From positions 1 through 28,448 of the IMG/VR virus record IMGVR_UViG_3300033475_000123: a stretch of 28,448 bases of DNA. One strand, 5' to 3'. Source of the stretch: a virus (taxonomy: Duplodnaviria; Caudoviricetes). Shown here in pieces: positions 24,685-28,448 of this stretch. The position numbers and the translations under genes are program-made. The notes below the pieces were generated by a model. It saw nothing but the letters and a program-made list of their open reading frames with translations, had not been told where the DNA came from and did not search any database. Position 1 is the first letter of the stretch, and the number at the start of each line of letters is the position of its first letter.

Positions 24685-27600
24685 ATGCCGCTCAAAAAGG
24701 GCTCCTCTCGCGCGGCGATCTCCAGCAATATCCGAACCGAGATAGCGGCGGGCAAGCCGCAGCGACAAGCTGTCGCCATTGCGCTGGATGTCGCGCGCCG
24801 CAACCGCGCCGATGGCGGCGAGGTGTCGTTCGACGATCGCTTCACCGGGGAGCCATACCGCGAGACGGCTGATGACCTTGCCGCGCGAGCCAGGAACCTG
24901 CTCCGAGGTCAGCAGGACCGCCTGCCGCCGCCTACCGATGAGCCTCGCGGTGCATTCGATTACAGCGGCGTAGGAGGAGCACTGCCTGAAGCCTATCAGG
25001 ATCCGGCTACGACGGCCGCCCATGAGCCAATTATCTCCGGGTTGACCAGTATGGCCACCCTGCCGCGGCGCGCTCTGGAGGCCTCCCAGCGCATGGTGGA
25101 GACGGGTGAATATGACCCGGCCCCGGCGGTAGAGACGGCCATGAATCTGATGGGCACCGGGATGCCGTTCGCGCAGGTGGGTGCCGCTGGCATCTTTGGT
25201 GGACGCCTCGCCAAAACGGCAGATCATGCCGCCCTGGCACGAGCGGAGGAAATGCACGCCGCCGGCGCGGCGCCGGAGCAGATCCATGCCCAGACCGGCT
25301 GGTTCCAAGGAGCCGACGGGCAGTGGCGGTTTGAGATCCCGGATCAGGCTAGCGGTTTCTTTCGGCCGACCACCCGGTCCACGATCGACAATTACGACAT
25401 TGTCAACCCGCGCACCGTGAAGACTGGCGAGGCCTACAACCACCCGGATCTCTATGCCGCCTATCCGGATTTGGCGCAGACCGATCTGCGTTTTGGCCCG
25501 CTCACTGACATGAACGGCTATTACCGGAAGCCTGGAGTAGAGGCACCGGGCGACCTGATCCCTCCACCGGAGGAGCAAATCGGCCTCAACACGCCGCCAG
25601 ATCGTTACGGCGACAACATGAAGCGAACGCGCTCCACCATGCTGCACGAATTGCAGCACGCGGTTCAGCAGCGCGAGGGGTTTGCGCCGGGATCATCACC
25701 AGAGGCGATGCAGACCCTCACCCAAGTCGGTGAGGATGCACGGTTGCTGGCTGAGTTGGGGTCCGGCTTCGAGTTCAAGAAGGCCACGGGGAGAGATCCG
25801 CACCCGGCCGCTCGGGCTCTGGTCGCGCAAATGACGCCGGAAGAACTGGCGCAAATCGAGCGAGACCCCTATAACGCCTATCGTCGGGTCGCGGGCGAGG
25901 TCGAGGCGCGCAACGTCCAGGCGCGGCGCGATATGGCTCCGGAGCAGCGCCAAGCATCGTTCCCGCGCTCGACCGAAGACATTCCTGCCGAAAAGCAATT
26001 GATTGGAGCATCTCATGACCCAGCAACCACGTCGGCCGATGCCAACGGACCAGCCGCAGCCGCCAACCCCGAAGGAGTGGGATCCGGAGGAGGAGGGCCG
26101 GGAGGAAATGCGGGCCTACAGCAAGCACAGGCAACGGCAGCGCGGTGGGCCGGAGCCCGCCAGCCGCTAGAGGGCCTTCCTGGCCCTCTCAAAATCGGCG
26201 ATGAGCATTTCGTCCCGGGCCCCATCGGGAAGATTCACGACGTCGCCGAAGACTACATGCGGACGCACCACCCAGACCGTCCCTACACGCCACCGACGCG
26301 CTATCATCCGCTTGATCCAGAGCACTCCAAGGCTATTGCACAGGCCTACGAGGAGATGCAGCACACCCCGAACGACCCGGCTACGCGGGCGTCCTATGAT
26401 GCTCTGATCAAGGAGACAGCGGACCAGTATCAGGCGATCAAAAAGACCGGCCTCAAGATCGAGCCGATCCCGCCAGATATGCCAGACCCGTACGCGGCGA
26501 ACCCTAGGCTGGCTGCGAAGGACGTCGCGGAAAACAATCATCTGTGGTTTTTCCCGACTGAGCAGGGGTTCGGTACGGTCAACAAGATCTCCGACAATCC
26601 GATGTTGCGCAACACCGGCGAGAAGATCGGCGACCACCAGTTGCTCGCCAACGACATGTTCCGCATCGTCCACGACTACTTCGGGCACCTGAAGGAAGGC
26701 CACGGCTTCCGCGCGGCCGGCGAGGACAATGCGTGGCGCACGCACGCGCAGATGTACAGCGACATTGCTCGTCCGGCGATGACGACCGAGACGCGCGGCC
26801 AGAATAGCTGGGTGAATTACGGTCCGCACGGCGAGGCGAACCGGAAGGCCAGCGCAGCCAACACGACCTATGCAGATCAGAAGGTCGGCCTGCTGCCCGA
26901 GTGGACGATGCGCGACCGCAATTCGCCGGCGCCGATCATGGTTTACCATGGCACGCCGCACTCGTTCGACCGCTTCGACATCTCCAAGATCGGCACGGGT
27001 GAAAACAATCAGGCCTACGGCCACGGGCTCTACTTCGCCGGCAATGAGCCTGTTAGCGAGTGGTATCGTCATCAGCTGGCGACGCGCCAGGATCCGTTGC
27101 TCAACAAGTACGGGCTGAACGAAGTTGGCCACGTCGTCGGGTCTCACCTGTCGGATTACGGTGGTGATGCCGGCAAACTCGCGGCAAAGTATGCCGACGA
27201 GCGCAACAAGCTGATCGCCAGCGGCAACACCGACAAAGCCACCACGAACATGATCGACGAGTACGATCGTCGCATGCGCTATCTCGGCGATCCGCAGCGC
27301 TCGCGTGGCCACCTGTATCAGGTCGGCATGAACGTGAACCCGGAGCATCTTCTCGACTACGACCAAACTTTCGCCAACCAGTCACCGCATGTGCAGGGCC
27401 GCACCGGCCCGGTAATGGAGCAGAGCATCAAGGAACAGCTTGAGGCGATCGACCGGCTGCTCGATAAAGGTGGCAGCGGTACCGGCAAATGGTATCGCCC
27501 ATTCACCAAGCAGAAGATGCAGGCGCTCGAAGGCCAGCGGCTGATGCTGCAACAGGCTGGTCCGGCGCCGTTCACGGGGGGCGAGATCTACAAGCGCACC

Positions 27601-28448
27601 GGCCTTCCGGCGGGCAACCCGAACGAGGGCGCGGTGAATGCTTCGCGTCGTCTGCGGGCGATGGACATCCCCGGGCTGCAGTACCTTGATTCTCAGTCGC
27701 GCGGCGTGGGCCGCGGCACCCGCAACTACGTCATGTTCGGAGATGAGCCGCTGCAGATTCACCGCAGATACCGCAATGGCGGCGCGGTCGAGAGAGCCGT
27801 GCGGATTGCGCGCGCAGGCGGCGGCGCGGCCTTTGGCGTTCTGTCGCCGGGAGAGCAGGCCGAGGAAGATGATGTTCAGCCGATGAACGTCGCGCGCAGC
27901 TCTGATGACAGTCCGGTCCTGTTCAAGACAGCTGATCCTCGCTTCAACATCACCCAGCAGGATCTCGATCGCGCAATCAGCATCGGAACGACCGCGGCGA
28001 CAGTCGGGGGCGGTAGCCTGCGCGGCGCAGTGTCACGTTTTGCGGATGAAGCTGGCGCTGCCATGCGCCATGGTCGAACCTACGCCGAGCCGGAGTTCAC
28101 GCCCGGCGGAAGTCGCATCATCAACAAGGGGGTCGAGAACCCGCCGAACCCGAAGATCCAGACGGTTGCGGATCCATACCGGATGATGTTCCCGGGTGTC
28201 TACCGCAACCCGCGTACCATTGCGGAGGAGGCGGCGTCTCGGGTCGGACAGGAAGACCCGGCGATGCAGCGCTTGTTCGGCGTCACGCGCGGTGATCTGC
28301 GCGAGATGGCGCAGGGTCGCGTGGGCAATGAAGCCCCCGTGGTGCCGCCGGCGGGGGCGCGATCGCGCGGCGCACTGAGCGCGCAAAACATCCAGACACC
28401 CCAGAACACCCAGCGCCTCCAAGACATCCTGGCCGAGGCCGGCCGCCA
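24685..28448 (+). CDS. Large polyvalent (putative ejected) protein, 3' partial, >1250 aa: leader, LPD23-like, zincin metallopeptidase, HDxxxH domain, ADP-ribosyltransferase-like
   Basis: GGAGG RBS; frame 1 translated by hand with no stop to the window end (hence absent from the track); TGWFQGADGQWRFEIPD (~25294), HELQH (25645-25659), GEVEARNVQ (~25894), FRIVHDYFGH (~26659), YHGTPHSFDRFD...YGHGLYFA (~26944-27039), RNYVMF (27721). Confidence 0.85.
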   Translation, partial: MPLKKGSSRAAISSNIRTEIAAGKPQRQAVAIALDVARRNRADGGEVSFDDRFTGEPYRETADDLAARARNLLRGQQDRLPPPTDEPRGAFDYSGVGGALPEAYQDPATTAAHEPIISGLTSMATLPRRALEASQRMVETGEYDPAPAVETAMNLMGTGMPFAQVGAAGIFGGRLAKTADHAALARAEEMHAAGAAPEQIHAQTGWFQGADGQWRFEIPDQASGFFRPTTRSTIDNYDIVNPRTVKTGEAYNHPDLYAAYPDLAQTDLRFGPLTDMNGYYRKPGVEAPGDLIPPPEEQIGLNTPPDRYGDNMKRTRSTMLHELQHAVQQREGFAPGSSPEAMQTLTQVGEDARLLAELGSGFEFKKATGRDPHPAARALVAQMTPEELAQIERDPYNAYRRVAGEVEARNVQARRDMAPEQRQASFPRSTEDIPAEKQLIGASHDPATTSADANGPAAAANPEGVGSGGGGPGGNAGLQQAQATAARWAGARQPLEGLPGPLKIGDEHFVPGPIGKIHDVAEDYMRTHHPDRPYTPPTRYHPLDPEHSKAIAQAYEEMQHTPNDPATRASYDALIKETADQYQAIKKTGLKIEPIPPDMPDPYAANPRLAAKDVAENNHLWFFPTEQGFGTVNKISDNPMLRNTGEKIGDHQLLANDMFRIVHDYFGHLKEGHGFRAAGEDNAWRTHAQMYSDIARPAMTTETRGQNSWVNYGPHGEANRKASAANTTYADQKVGLLPEWTMRDRNSPAPIMVYHGTPHSFDRFDISKIGTGENNQAYGHGLYFAGNEPVSEWYRHQLATRQDPLLNKYGLNEVGHVVGSHLSDYGGDAGKLAAKYADERNKLIASGNTDKATTNMIDEYDRRMRYLGDPQRSRGHLYQVGMNVNPEHLLDYDQTFANQSPHVQGRTGPVMEQSIKEQLEAIDRLLDKGGSGTGKWYRPFTKQKMQALEGQRLMLQQAGPAPFTGGEIYKRTGLPAGNPNEGAVNASRRLRAMDIPGLQYLDSQSRGVGRGTRNYVMFGDEPLQIHRRYRNGGAVERAVRIARAGGGAAFGVLSPGEQAEEDDVQPMNVARSSDDSPVLFKTADPRFNITQQDLDRAISIGTTAATVGGGSLRGAVSRFADEAGAAMRHGRTYAEPEFTPGGSRIINKGVENPPNPKIQTVADPYRMMFPGVYRNPRTIAEEAASRVGQEDPAMQRLFGVTRGDLREMAQGRVGNEAPVVPPAGARSRGALSAQNIQTPQNTQRLQDILAEAGR
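26015..26170 (+). CDS. Nested overprinted 51-aa ORF in the +1 frame of the polyvalent gene
   Basis: TTGGAG-CATCTC-ATG; G/C-ending codons in this frame while the host frame switches to GGA/GCA/CTA/CAA. Confidence 0.55.
   Translation: MTQQPRRPMPTDQPQPPTPKEWDPEEEGREEMRAYSKHRQRQRGGPEPASR

Noticed and set aside
26201-27118. Other alternative-frame ORFs inside the polyvalent gene (26201-26407, 26870-27118)
   Set aside because: No RBS and no codon-bias switch; Ser/Thr/Arg-rich shadow translations, unlike 26015-26170
1-28448. tRNA, rRNA, CRISPR array, IS element, integrase, terminase
   Set aside because: No supporting motifs seen by eye; intergenic gaps are short and show no cloverleaf or repeat-spacer pattern

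Overview
GC-rich tailed-phage (or prophage) virion morphogenesis region with essentially all real genes on the + strand. The order is: small accessory genes, portal, GroES-like co-chaperonin, scaffold, two paralogous head genes, a glycosyltransferase, capsid decoration and major capsid genes, neck/adaptor, fibre and nozzle genes of a podovirus-like (P22-like) layout, a NUMOD4-HNH endonuclease, and a >1250-aa polyvalent protein. That last protein runs off the window end and is absent from the ORF track. An alphaproteobacterial host is only a guess. The most unusual signals are: (1) four Cys-containing spike/fibre-like genes with Sec-type signal peptides inside the virion operon; (2) a small RBS-preceded gene overprinted in a linker of the polyvalent protein; (3) a basic-x-GG-x-V motif and a 21-aa block shared by putative internal virion proteins; (4) a highly structured leader and stop-codon hairpins around the capsid genes. 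All family assignments come from motif recognition and gene order, not from database searches. No terminase, integrase, rRNA, tRNA or CRISPR array was seen.
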